Assembly (NCBI GenBank): GCA_022750335.1
Contig: JAKIVX010000006.1
Span: 12,976 to 76,975 of the forward strand
Source: Thermoplasmata archaeon
GTDB lineage: Archaea > Thermoplasmatota > Thermoplasmata > Lutacidiplasmatales > UBA184
Length of the DNA stretch: 64,000 bases
Reading direction: 5' to 3'
Positions 30,152-40,177 of the stretch are shown piece by piece; within the stretch, counting starts at the first letter, position 1, and each line of letters opens with the position of its first letter. The notes under the pieces were generated by a model. It was not told the DNA's origin and did not search any database. It worked only from the letters and a program-made list of their open reading frames with translations. The translations under genes and the position numbers were made by a program.

Positions 30152-30237
30152 CCCTACGGAGTCGACCACCGCGCGACGCGGTCGAGGGCCAACATAATCT
30201 GGGGCCTCGCGTCCACCCGTCGCCCGGGGGCTGCAGA

Positions 30238-31224
30238 TTGGACCTCTTCACCCACGTGATTTTCGCCTACCTTCTCTCGTTCATCATCTGGGGACCGGCC
30301 GCCCCCCAGTACATCGCGGCCGGAGCCTTGGCGGGCGGACTTCCGGACGCCGATGTCCTGCTGTTTCCGCTGACCCGGTGGTTCCCGTCGCTCCACCACC
30401 GGGGAGCGGTGCACACCGTCGTGGGCGTGACGGTCATCGCCGCGGTGGGCAGCCTCCTGGTGCCCTACCTTCCGTACTTCACCCACGCTTCCACGCTCCT
30501 CTACTTTGTCGCCATGGAGATCGGAGGACTCTCCCACCTGGTCCTCGATGGTTTCACGAACTATGCGGTGCGACCACTGCTGCCCTTCTCCGGGCGCTCC
30601 CTCCGACTGAACGCGGACGTCGCGGTCAGCCTCGTCACGATGACCCTCACGGGCGTCACCCTGGTCGTGCTCGTCTTCGAGCACGGGAACGTGCCTTTTG
30701 GGGTCTGGGAAGAGACGGCGTGGATCCTGGTCGGGGTGTACGGTGGGTACCTCGTCCTCCGCGGCGTCGCTCGTTGGCGGGCGGGCCTCCTACGGCGTAC
30801 GTTCGGGTATGCGGAGGTCCTCCCGAGCACGAACCCATGGCGGTGGCTCCTCCTCGAGGAAACCGAAACACCGGACCGCTACCACATCCGCTTCCGCCGG
30901 CTCGAACTTGGGACCGGGGTCACCGGGTCGGATCGGACCCTGGACGTCACGAAGGTCGCCCCGACTCCGGGCCCGGTACCGACCCCGCAAGCCGCGCTCG
31001 AGCGGACCTACTCGTCCGCCATGTCCAAGAGCGAGTGGCTCGCAGAAAGCTACCACTTCGGCGAGGTCGTGGAGAAGGGACCGGTCTACGAGGTGTGGTG
31101 GTACATCGTCTCCCAGGCCGCCGGTCGGCGAGCGTACGGGGTGCACGGGGAGATCGATCGCACGACGGGAACGATGAATCTGCGCTCGGGCTTCATGCGC
31201 CTCCCCACCGCCACACCGATGTGA
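30238..31224 (+). CDS. YdjM-like membrane-bound metal-dependent hydrolase
   Basis: DLFTH, LPDAD, HRGAVHT, SHLVLD motifs; TTG start. Confidence 0.88.
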   Translation: MDLFTHVIFAYLLSFIIWGPAAPQYIAAGALAGGLPDADVLLFPLTRWFPSLHHRGAVHTVVGVTVIAAVGSLLVPYLPYFTHASTLLYFVAMEIGGLSHLVLDGFTNYAVRPLLPFSGRSLRLNADVAVSLVTMTLTGVTLVVLVFEHGNVPFGVWEETAWILVGVYGGYLVLRGVARWRAGLLRRTFGYAEVLPSTNPWRWLLLEETETPDRYHIRFRRLELGTGVTGSDRTLDVTKVAPTPGPVPTPQAALERTYSSAMSKSEWLAESYHFGEVVEKGPVYEVWWYIVSQAAGRRAYGVHGEIDRTTGTMNLRSGFMRLPTATPM

Positions 31225-31481
31225 TCGGGGGCGGCCGCCCTCCGGTGCGTGTGGAACCGACCCGACACCGCGGTGGGTCGCTGAGGGCGAACGTCGGGGC
31301 CGACCGGGCCGGCAACCGCTTGGCTGGGACTCGTCGGGCAACCGCTTTTGACGACCCGAGAGAGCATGCTTGGAATCCGACGATCGCGGGTTGCCTGATG
31401 CGGAAGAGGGGACGGCCTCGGACCGGTGTGGGTGCAAGGTAGAGGGGGTCCATTCTCCCCCGTCAGGAGGGCGTCGCCGAA

Positions 31482-31859
31482 TCAATTGAAATGCTTCGAG
31501 ACGGCGAACAAATAGACGAGGAGGATCACGATGATCAGTAAGGAGACCCAGGCGGAAGACAGGTATTCGCCGACACCGTAGAACAGGAGCACGATGATCG
31601 CGAGGACCAGGGCCCACATTTCCTGATTCCAAAGTCCCACGGCTACGGCCAAAATGACGAGGCCCATGATGAGGACGAGCAGGCCCCCGATGGCCCCTCC
31701 GACCCCGAACGCCCCCACCGTTCCTCCCCCCAACGCGATCGCGGTGCCGAAAAGGAGCAAGAGCAACCCGACGACGAAGACGAAAAATCCGAAGATTCCG
31801 ATCAGGATGGCCAGGATCGCCACTCCGAGTGGAAGTCGACCGATCCCCGAGGACGACAT
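31482..31859 (-). CDS. Hypothetical 4-TM membrane protein
   Basis: RLPLGVAILAIL, GLWNQEMWA, YLF..K.F; archaeal small membrane protein pattern. Confidence 0.75.
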   Translation of the reverse strand: MSSSGIGRLPLGVAILAILIGIFGFFVFVVGLLLLLFGTAIALGGGTVGAFGVGGAIGGLLVLIMGLVILAVAVGLWNQEMWALVLAIIVLLFYGVGEYLSSAWVSLLIIVILLVYLFAVSKHFN

Positions 31860-31957
31860 CGGGCTCGTCAGCCCGCCCGGGGGTATCAAGTTTGAGCCCA
31901 GGCCCCGGACTCCAGTCGGATCCCCGAGACAACCCCGACAAACTTGGAGCGCGGACC

Positions 31958-33019
31958 CTAGCGGGCGCTGAGCCACGGCCCGGTCTTGGAGGGGAAGACG
32001 CGGTTCCCACTGCCCCGCCGAGAATCGAGGTTGTCGATCGAGCTCAGGATCTGGATGGCGCCCCGTCCCCTCGCGGTCAGCCGGTACCGTTCGCGGGCGA
32101 CGTGCGTGATGAGGCCACTTTCGGCCAGCTTGCGGAGGTGGAATGCGATCTTGGACGTGTCGGTGATGCGCGCGGCCTCCATCGCCTGCGTGAAACTGCA
32201 CGGGCCCTCGGACAGTCGGTGGAGAACGAGGCGGCGGATCGGATTGCCCAGGGATTCGAGCGTCGTGTGAGCGTCGGCGGAGACGATGGAGGCCCGCACG
32301 GCGAGCGCGCCGGTCGCGGTGATCTTATCCGGGTCGTATCCCACCGCCAAGGGGCCCTTGCCGGCCAGGATCGCCCGGATCCCTTCGAGGAGTGCCGCGA
32401 TCTCCTCTTCCCGGTGGCGGGCGAGGAGCTCTTCCACCGCGGCGAGCACCACCGCGGGTTTCGTCTTCGGGACCACGAACTCCTCGACCGCCTCCGGGAT
32501 CTCGAACGGGCTTTCGGGGTCGAGCGGAAGAAGGGTTACCCGTTCGGTGACGGTGCGCGCGGGCGGAGGAACGATGAGGAGCACTTCGTATCCACCGTCC
32601 CGGGCGAGCGTGTTCGCATACCGGACCGGATCCAGCGGCCGGGCACCGGCGCGGGTCAGCGCCAGCTGCTGACTGACGAGTTCGAGGACAAGTCGCACCT
32701 GTTCGGGTCGAATCGGTTTCCGGAGGTAGTCCAACGCTCCCAGCTGGAGCGCCTTGACGGCCGTTTCGACCGTCCCACGTCCCGTCAGCATGACCACGAT
32801 CAATCGCGGCCAACGTTCGCGGGCCAGGCCCAGGAGTTCCATTCCGCTCTTACGGCCGAGCCGGACGTCTGTGAACATGATGTCGAACTCGCCGTCCTTC
32901 AGCGCGGTCATGGCCTGAGCGACCGACGCAACACCCGTGACGGCATGGCCGGCATCCACGAGGAGGACGGTGAGCTCGCCCCGGAACTCCGCATCGTCGT
33001 CGACGATCAGGATCCGCAC
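31958..33019 (-). CDS. Response regulator: REC + DUF835-like + ArsR-type wHTH
   Basis: ILIVDDD, FTDVRL (phospho-Asp), MLTG, YLRKP; middle PAVVLAAVEELL..GYDPDKI; C-terminal LGNPIRRLVL..FHLRKL..GLI..YRLT; GGAGGAGG before GTG. Confidence 0.85.
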   Translation of the reverse strand: MRILIVDDDAEFRGELTVLLVDAGHAVTGVASVAQAMTALKDGEFDIMFTDVRLGRKSGMELLGLARERWPRLIVVMLTGRGTVETAVKALQLGALDYLRKPIRPEQVRLVLELVSQQLALTRAGARPLDPVRYANTLARDGGYEVLLIVPPPARTVTERVTLLPLDPESPFEIPEAVEEFVVPKTKPAVVLAAVEELLARHREEEIAALLEGIRAILAGKGPLAVGYDPDKITATGALAVRASIVSADAHTTLESLGNPIRRLVLHRLSEGPCSFTQAMEAARITDTSKIAFHLRKLAESGLITHVARERYRLTARGRGAIQILSSIDNLDSRRGSGNRVFPSKTGPWLSAR

Positions 33020-33229
33020 GGTGCCTCCTCCCAACTTCGGGCCGAGTGCCGGCCTAACGCAGCCAGGGTGTCATGCTCGGACCCCCTTACTCTTTTCGAT
33101 GTACCTCGGGGTCGTGCTCCCCCGGTAGCGCCACCGACCAAAGCGACACCCTCGCGCTCGACCCAACCTAAGGGAACCTATACCCCTTCGTCCACGTCCG
33201 AGCAACAAACGTGAATGGAGGAAGTCAAC

Positions 33230-33487
33230 ATGGAGAGTATCATCGTGAGTGAGAACAAGACGGTCGGACCGAAGTTTGCCGACGAGCTCGTCGAAGTGGG
33301 GAACGTGGACGGCGGGGACGCCGAGACCCGAACCACCGACGTGAAGTCGCCCGCAGCCGACGGCGTCGTGGACGCACCCCAGGCCATGCCCGCGGGTCTT
33401 GTCGAACCCCCGAACGAGTCGGAGCCGGATGCCGATCTTCCCGTACCGGTCCGGGCCGCTCCCGTGAGCGACCTCGCGGTGGTCTGA
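33230..33487 (+). CDS. Small acidic low-complexity hypothetical protein
   Basis: GGAGG before ATG 33230; D/E/P/V-rich; divergent from the response regulator. Confidence 0.5.
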   Translation: MESIIVSENKTVGPKFADELVEVGNVDGGDAETRTTDVKSPAADGVVDAPQAMPAGLVEPPNESEPDADLPVPVRAAPVSDLAVV

Positions 33488-33917
33488 GGAGCATCGATGT
33501 TCGATGGACTGTCTTCGCCGTCGTGGTCGTTCTCGTGTTCTTGGGCTATCTGACCCTCTGAACTTCCACCCTACACCCCGCCGGCCGCAGCCCGGATCGA
33601 ATTCCGGGATTCCCGACGGCCGGTTCTGGAAGGTCGATTCCGTCGACTCCGCAACTCGGTCACGAGAAGCGGGCCCTGCGGCAGAAGCGGGAAATCGCCG
33701 CGGCACAAGTGCCGGAGTCTGAGTTGGGCCAGGGTTGACTCTGTGTTCTTGGTCGTCTCAAGACTCGTGGAGAGCGCGAATCGCCTCACTCTCCGTTCGG
33801 CCGAACGACCCCTTCCCCGGGTTTCGGGATCGATGAGATCCGGTGGCCCGCCCTCGATCGATTGACTTGATTCAACTCAAGCGAGCGATGATACCACGTC
33901 CGTAACTCGGGAGAATC

Positions 33918-34085
33918 ACGGCAATACACCGAATCAGCCCGTTTGGCGCCCTTTTGATCATCCTCGTGGCGCTCGTGCTCTTGATCCTGATCGGCCCGTT
34001 CGGGCTCTTGATCCTGATCCTAGCTGGCGTCCTTCTGTGGTATGCCTTTGGACCGGGGCGCATCGTGGTCACTAGCACCGCCTAA
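33918..34085 (+). CDS. Small 2-TM membrane protein (non-ATG start or start mutation)
   Basis: Frame reads (ACG)AIHRISPFGALLIILVALVLLILIGPFGLLILILAGVLLWYAFGPGRIVVTSTA*; GGGAG upstream; not in ORF track. Confidence 0.55.
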   Translation, partial: TAIHRISPFGALLIILVALVLLILIGPFGLLILILAGVLLWYAFGPGRIVVTSTA

Positions 34086-34157
34086 TCGAACCGAAACCGA
34101 ATCGGCCTGGACCGCTGCCGGTGGGCCTCGTCCGAGGCCGCACCGGGGCGGCCTCCC

Positions 34158-34859
34158 CTACCCGGGTGGCTTCGGCTCTTTGGGGGGAAGGCCGGACTTC
34201 GCCAGGGTCTCGTTGAGCTGTCGGAGTCGCCGTGGGACGAGGACCGCCATCGCGATCACCCCGGCCGCGATGGCGACCACCGAGCCGATGACCACGAGCG
34301 CCACGATGAGACCGATCTCCAGGAAGCCGCTGGGGATCAGCGAGCCGAGGCTGGTGTTCCCGCCTCCACCGTTGTTCGATCCGCTTCCGTTGCCGCTCCC
34401 ATTGTGATTCCCGTTGCCGTTGGACATCACGGTCAGACCCGTCATCCCCGAGGCGCTGGAAGAGGGGACCGAGCTGTCGACTACGGCGAGATGCACCGTG
34501 TACGTCCCCGCGGAGGTCGGGGTGCACTGGAAGGTGTACGGAGTCGTTGAGATGGTTACGGGGGTCGAGGAGGGAGAGCAGCCGGGAGGCGTATCATTGA
34601 ACCAAAGGAAGTAGGGTGCCGTTCCGCCGGAAAGAGTGACGGAGCCGCTGGTTTCTGAACCGCTATTCACGTCCGGAGGTTGGAATGAGAACTGGTCGAT
34701 CGTGACCCCTCCGGTCTCAAGCACCAGGCCCGCTGCGGTCGAAGAGGGGCGGGGAGCGATTGCCGAGACCGCGACCAGGCCCGCAAACACGAGCAGCAAG
34801 ACCGACCCAACAACCACGCTGGTCTGGAGCGACGCAGGTCCCGTCCCACGGCCTTGCAC
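34158..34859 (-). CDS. Surface protein: signal anchor, Ig/PKD-like domain, GN linker, C-terminal TM
   Basis: SGGTAPY, PPGC..C, GTYTVHLAVVDS, NGNGN linker, C-terminal TM. Confidence 0.7.
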   Translation of the reverse strand: MQGRGTGPASLQTSVVVGSVLLLVFAGLVAVSAIAPRPSSTAAGLVLETGGVTIDQFSFQPPDVNSGSETSGSVTLSGGTAPYFLWFNDTPPGCSPSSTPVTISTTPYTFQCTPTSAGTYTVHLAVVDSSVPSSSASGMTGLTVMSNGNGNHNGSGNGSGSNNGGGGNTSLGSLIPSGFLEIGLIVALVVIGSVVAIAAGVIAMAVLVPRRLRQLNETLAKSGLPPKEPKPPG

Positions 34860-34996
34860 GGGACTGAATCGCAGGGTGACGATACTTCAACGTATGCCGA
34901 CAGTGGAAAGGAGGGAGATCGGCCCGTTGCTCGCAGCTCGGGGCCCTCGGCTATCCGTAGCTCTTCCTCGTTGGGGCAAGATCGGAATTCGAAGGC

Positions 34997-35341
34997 TCAT
35001 GGCGGCGTAGCCGGTGTCATGATTTCCGCCAACACCGGGTCGAGTTTGTCGTTGCTCACCAGGATCTTCCAAGAATCGACGCGGCCGGTGAGAAGAATAC
35101 CCGCACGGACCCAAGGATCTTCGGCCAACCGGGTCCGGACCTGCGTCTCGCTGTTCGACTGGATGATCAGTAAGGCCCGGTGCGGTCGTCCGCTTCCGAT
35201 GGGTCCGCCCAGGATCACAAATCCCGCGTACATCAGCGAATTGACGAACGCGGCGTGTTCGGCCCACAACTCCTGCTCCCGCATCGGTCGTGCATCGACC
35301 CACGACCGACCCTGTTCGTTGGTCACGACAAAGTACTCCAT
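34997..35341 (-). CDS. YciI-like protein
   Basis: MREQELWAEHAAF, ILGGP, LAEDPW. Confidence 0.8.
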   Translation of the reverse strand: MEYFVVTNEQGRSWVDARPMREQELWAEHAAFVNSLMYAGFVILGGPIGSGRPHRALLIIQSNSETQVRTRLAEDPWVRAGILLTGRVDSWKILVSNDKLDPVLAEIMTPATPP

Positions 35342-35575
35342 TCTGACCCCTCTGCGCCACACCGGCCGGGAGCTTAGTAGAGTGGGCGGAGAGGCGTTGC
35401 AACACCCCTCGAGAAAAGGCGCGTTGCTAAGGACGTGGAATGACCCACCCACGACCGCATTCGCGCCGGCCAAAGTGGGGGCCGGCCGAACCGCAAGACC
35501 CATGGCCAGCTCGGAAACGCGTATTTCACTCCGAGAAGCAGGGCCCTCGGAGCCGACCCCGCAAGGTGGATCGCC

Positions 35576-35953
35576 CTACGCCGGAGGGAAAGCGGTCTCC
35601 CCCTTCGGGGCTCCTAGATAGTATCCGGAGGCGCGGTCGGCCGTGATGTGGCCGGCCCACGCCAGCAGCGGCCACTCGATCTCGCCCGCGAGGAGGCTCC
35701 AGAGTACGAAGACCACTCCCCAGAGGAGCAGGCTGTGGGCCGCATTGTAGATCGTCGGTCCCCACGAGGGCCACTTCCGAGATCCCCGAGAGGCGATCCC
35801 GATCGGGACGAACGCGGCGAGATCCGGCCAGATCGACCGGAACACGACGAGGGCCACGCTCGACCAGGGAAAGTCTCGGAGAACGTAGCCCCTCCATCCG
35901 AACAGCAGCAGCAGGATCGCGATGGTCGCGGCCCCGTGCTCGGCTCGGTACAC
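35576..35953 (-). CDS. DUF4260-like membrane protein, 5' end possibly damaged
   Basis: WPDL, YNAAH, WAGHITADR..GY motifs; no in-frame ATG upstream. Confidence 0.55.
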   Translation of the reverse strand: MYRAEHGAATIAILLLLFGWRGYVLRDFPWSSVALVVFRSIWPDLAAFVPIGIASRGSRKWPSWGPTIYNAAHSLLLWGVVFVLWSLLAGEIEWPLLAWAGHITADRASGYYLGAPKGETAFPPA

Positions 35954-36098
35954 CCACGAGTTCAGGCGAAGAAAACCGGGGCCCCAGGGCGGTGCGGGGA
36001 CGTCACCGCTCTCCGCCTGCGGTCGAGAGAACCCTCGTCATAACGATGCGGAGCGCACGAATCACGTCCCTTAACTAGCCCCCCGCCGTTGGCGGCTC

Positions 36099-36488
36099 AT
36101 GGTCGAAATGATCACCGGCCTGCACGCGGTAACCATCCACATCCGGGACATCCAGAAGGCGCGGTCGTTCTACCGGGAAGTCCTCGGGCTCAAGGAGATC
36201 AACTTCAACGAGAAGGCGAGCCGGGCCGTTTTTGCCCTTCCGGGGAGCTCGACCCTCCTGACGATGCACATCCAGGCCCCGGGAGAGGAGGGGCGGGATC
36301 CGGGAACAGTCTCGGGGATCATCTTCACGCACCCGGACCCGACGGTGGCGTGCGCTGAGATCCGGCGACGCGGTGGCACCGTGACGGTAGAGCCCAACGT
36401 CATCGAGTTCCCCGGTGGAAAGTTTACCCGGGCGGCGATCGCCGACCCGGACGGCAATGAGTTCGTGATTTCCGACCGCACGGACTAG
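36099..36488 (+). CDS. VOC/glyoxalase family protein
   Basis: HAVTIHIRDIQKARSFYREVLGL, DPDGNEF. Confidence 0.9.
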   Translation: MVEMITGLHAVTIHIRDIQKARSFYREVLGLKEINFNEKASRAVFALPGSSTLLTMHIQAPGEEGRDPGTVSGIIFTHPDPTVACAEIRRRGGTVTVEPNVIEFPGGKFTRAAIADPDGNEFVISDRTD

Positions 36489-36621
36489 AGCGCACTCCCG
36501 GAATCGGACCCGGGTACCACTGCCGAACCCTTCCGCGGCCGAACCGACTCGCGGGGCTCGCTCGGCGCTTCGACTCCGCGGCCCATCGTCGGCGGTCTCG
36601 GAGTCGAACGGGGGCGGACAC

Positions 36622-38043
36622 CTACCGGGGCCGGCGGCTCTCCACAGCGACCCGAAGGATGGCCGTGATCGACCGCTCCACATCCTCGGCCGTTGTCGCC
36701 CAGGAACTCACGCTGACGCGCATCGCGAATCGCCCCTGCCACCGCGTTCCCCCGCACCAGCAGGTCCCATCGGCCTGGATTCCGGAGATGACCCGAGCCG
36801 TGGTGGCTTCGTCCCCGAAGGAGACGAGCACCTGGTTCAACACGACTTCGTTCAGGACCTCGTAGCCGGCGGCCTGGAGTCGGTCCGCGATCTGGTTCGC
36901 GAACCGACAGGTTCGTTCGACCAGGTCGGCCAGTCCCTCTCGCCCCAGGGAGCGGATCGCGGCCCACGCCTCGATCCCCCGGGCACGACGTGAAATCTCG
37001 GGGGTGTAGTGCGAAGGTTCGCGCTGATCGCTTTGGATTAGGTACGCCGCCGAGCCCGCCGACATGGCCGCGCGGAGGTCGGCGGCGCTGCGTACGAAGA
37101 CCAAACCACTATCGTAGGGGACGTTGAGCCACTTGTGGCCATCCGTGGCCCACGAGTCGGCGAGCGCGACTCCCTCGTAGAGGTAGTGCCGGGCCGGCGC
37201 CACCGCGGCCCACATGCCGAAGGCCGCGTCCACGTGGACCCACGCGCCGGTCTCCTTCATGCTCCGGGCGATCTCCCCCACGGGGTCGAACGCCCCGGTG
37301 TTCACATTCCCGATCTGGAGGCAGACGATCGTCGGGCCAGCGATTCGGGGCAGGACGTCCGGCCGTATCCGTCCCTGGGAATCGGCCGGCACACGTACGA
37401 CCCTACCTCGGCCCAAACCGAGCATCGCGACAGCCTTCAGCAACGAAGCATGCACCTCCTCGCCGACGATCACGGTGATCGGAGGAGCGCCCGCGAGCCC
37501 CAACTCCTCGACATCCCACCCGACCTTTTGCAAGACGGCGTGACGGGCCGCGGCGAGGGCGGTGAAGTTGGCCATCGTCGCCCCGGTCACGAAGGCACCC
37601 TCGCTTCCGACCGGAAGTTCCAACAGTTGTCGGACCCACTCGAGGGCGATCTGCTCGATGCGCGCTCCGACCGGAGAGATCGTGAACAGTCCGGCGTTCT
37701 GATTCCAGGCCCCCGCGACCCAGTTCGCGCCCACGGTCACCGGCAGGGCGCCGCCGATCACGAAACCGAAGTAACGTCCGGCCGCCGACCCCACCGTCCC
37801 GGGGGAACCTACGTCATCGAGCTGTCGGAGCACGTCGATCGGGTCGGTTCCCGATTCCGGGAGAGGCCCTCCGAGAAGGTCGAGGCGCTGGATCTCGTCG
37901 GGACTCGGAAACATCCGTCGTCGGTCGAGGTTCCGCAGGAATCGAAGACTCCGCTCGGTCGCGTCGCGGAGCACACGCTCGAGTTCGGCGGTGGTTGCGG
38001 CGAGATCTCCTCTGGGACCTGAGTCTCCGACGGGTGCGTTCAT
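36622..38043 (-). CDS. Group II PLP-dependent decarboxylase
   Basis: RYFGFVIGG, VTGATMAN, HVDAAFG, SWATDGHKWLNVPY. Confidence 0.92.
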   Translation of the reverse strand: MNAPVGDSGPRGDLAATTAELERVLRDATERSLRFLRNLDRRRMFPSPDEIQRLDLLGGPLPESGTDPIDVLRQLDDVGSPGTVGSAAGRYFGFVIGGALPVTVGANWVAGAWNQNAGLFTISPVGARIEQIALEWVRQLLELPVGSEGAFVTGATMANFTALAAARHAVLQKVGWDVEELGLAGAPPITVIVGEEVHASLLKAVAMLGLGRGRVVRVPADSQGRIRPDVLPRIAGPTIVCLQIGNVNTGAFDPVGEIARSMKETGAWVHVDAAFGMWAAVAPARHYLYEGVALADSWATDGHKWLNVPYDSGLVFVRSAADLRAAMSAGSAAYLIQSDQREPSHYTPEISRRARGIEAWAAIRSLGREGLADLVERTCRFANQIADRLQAAGYEVLNEVVLNQVLVSFGDEATTARVISGIQADGTCWCGGTRWQGRFAMRVSVSSWATTAEDVERSITAILRVAVESRRPR

Positions 38044-38282
38044 AGGCGGATTCCCTGGGTGCCGACGGACCCACCATAGGGTCAAGAAGGCGAGGTACGA
38101 GGGACTGACCGTTCGTCCAACTAACCCCGTGTTCCGAGGAACCCGGGACGCCTCGTTCTTAAAGGGGGAGGGATGGGTGGGGAGCCGGCAGGGTCCTCGA
38201 GCGCTTTCGTCTTTTCTCGACGCGCCTGGCCACCGAGCATGACGCCAGAGAATCCGGATCCGTCTCTGTTCCACACGGGCTG

Positions 38283-39290
38283 GTGACGGCGGTGTCCGCG
38301 AGCGCCGCAATTCGACCGGGAACATTCAAGGCCTGGGTCCTCGATCGGTATGGTCCTCCGGAGATCCTCGAGCTCCGAGACATCCCGTTCCCGGCGTTCC
38401 GGGACGGCAACGAGGTATTGGTGCGCGTCTTCGCCACTTCGGTGAATCCGGCGGACCGTCACATGCTCAAACCGCCGCTCATCCTCCGCCGCCGGCAGGG
38501 GATGCTCCGCCCGAAAGACGGACGGCCTGGGCTCGACCTGGCCGGTCGCGTCGAAGTGATCGGCAAGAACGTAACGGAGTTGCACGTGGGGGACGAGGTC
38601 TTCGGAGTAGGACGTGGCGCGTTTGCGGAGTACGCCATCTCCGACCAGATCGAAGTGGCACTCAAACCGACGGGCGTGACGTTCGAGCAGGCCGCGGCTG
38701 TGCCGATCGCCGCCATCACGGCCCTCCAGGGTCTTCGCGACAAGGCCCAGGTCCGACCGGGCCAACGGGTCTTGATCAACGGTGCGTCCGGAGGGGTCGG
38801 CACGTTCGCCGTGCAGATCGCCAAGTGGCTGGGTGCAGATGTGAGCGCGGTCTGCAGCGCTCCGAACGTGGAATTGAACCGATCCCTCGGAGCCCGTCGG
38901 GTCTTCGATTACGCGCGGGAGGACTTCACGAAGAGTGGCGAACAGTACGACGTCATCTTCGACACGCAACTCAACCACTCACTGTCCGCCTACCGGAAGG
39001 TCCTCCTTCCCAGCGGACTTCTCCTCGTCGTCGGTGGCGGGCCCGGCTCGGTGGGCCGCGTCCTTCCCCGGATGCTCAAGACCATGTTGGGGACGCGCCT
39101 CGTCGGCCCCCGGTCGAAGTTCTTCATCGCGTCGGTGCGCACCGCGGACCTCCGGGTGCTCAAGGAGCTCCTTGAAACAGGAAAGGTAACTCCGGTGATC
39201 GACCGGCACTACTCCCTCGGCCAGGTCCCGCAGGCGCTCCGATATCTCATGGACGGACACGCCCGAGGCAAGATCGTCGTTACCGTGTGA
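38283..39290 (+). CDS. MDR family NAD(P)-dependent oxidoreductase (Zn-independent)
   Basis: YGPPE, SVNPAD, NGASGGVGTFAVQ, PVIDR, ARGKIV. Confidence 0.92.
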   Translation: MTAVSASAAIRPGTFKAWVLDRYGPPEILELRDIPFPAFRDGNEVLVRVFATSVNPADRHMLKPPLILRRRQGMLRPKDGRPGLDLAGRVEVIGKNVTELHVGDEVFGVGRGAFAEYAISDQIEVALKPTGVTFEQAAAVPIAAITALQGLRDKAQVRPGQRVLINGASGGVGTFAVQIAKWLGADVSAVCSAPNVELNRSLGARRVFDYAREDFTKSGEQYDVIFDTQLNHSLSAYRKVLLPSGLLLVVGGGPGSVGRVLPRMLKTMLGTRLVGPRSKFFIASVRTADLRVLKELLETGKVTPVIDRHYSLGQVPQALRYLMDGHARGKIVVTV

Positions 39291-39393
39291 ATCGGGGCCC
39301 CTCCGCCACCCCGGGGGTGGTTCCCACGACCCCCGTTCGGGCCCCTCGCATGGGAGAGAGGGTGGATTCGGCATCGGACTCGGTCCTCGCTCC

Positions 39394-40056
39394 CTACGGG
39401 GGGAGGTGGACTCGGGTCCGGCCCCACGGAAACAGTTTCCGCGGATCGACTGCCGGGGTCAGGCGACGGGCCGCGCTCTCGATCGCGAGCTCCGCGGCCG
39501 AGACGGAACCGGAGGGAGCGGTTCCCCGAACGCGTGCGTTCCACGCGTTCCAACTCTCCGCTTCCAACGCGTGAGCTCCGGTAGAGGTATGCGCGGAGCG
39601 AGTGAGGACGAGCATGCGTCGCTCCAGGTCGCGAAGCGTTCCCCGAAACGCAGCGGGTCCCAACGGGACGTTCGGGGGGAGATGGTCGCTCCGAATGACC
39701 CCGTGATGGTTGACGTGCAGAAGCAGTTTAAGGGAGGCGTCCTCGATCCCGGACAACTGCCATTCACTCTGGCTTCGACCGATCCGAAGAAGCGCCGGCC
39801 ACAGGCGGCGATGAACGAGCGTGAGCTTCCCTCGCCACAGCTTGACGACCAACAGGTTGGGGTCGGAATCCAGTGTCTCGCCGACTTGGTAAATGAGTTG
39901 CCCCGCCGGGTGCCCCCACCACGATCCGGAGATCGGGGCCCCCGCGACGATCGAGACCAACGACGTCACCTTCGGGTCGGTGAAGGGGAGGAGTCCGGTC
40001 CGACGCACGTACCGGCGGACCCGGGCGAGCGGGAGCCGCAGCCTCAGATCGGTCAT
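39394..40056 (-). CDS. Hypothetical protein (possible winged-helix, AlkZ-related)
   Basis: GSWWGHP, KLWRGKLTLVHRRLWPAL, GAHA conserved-looking motifs. Confidence 0.65.
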   Translation of the reverse strand: MTDLRLRLPLARVRRYVRRTGLLPFTDPKVTSLVSIVAGAPISGSWWGHPAGQLIYQVGETLDSDPNLLVVKLWRGKLTLVHRRLWPALLRIGRSQSEWQLSGIEDASLKLLLHVNHHGVIRSDHLPPNVPLGPAAFRGTLRDLERRMLVLTRSAHTSTGAHALEAESWNAWNARVRGTAPSGSVSAAELAIESAARRLTPAVDPRKLFPWGRTRVHLPP

Positions 40057-40177
40057 GAGAACGTAAGCGATTTCGAGGGGAAGGACGGTAATGCCCCCAG
40101 GGCGTTCCAGCTAAAGTCCCCAGCGGAGACCCACCCCTCCGATCGCGCGGTCGTAAGGAATATGAACGCGGTCACCG

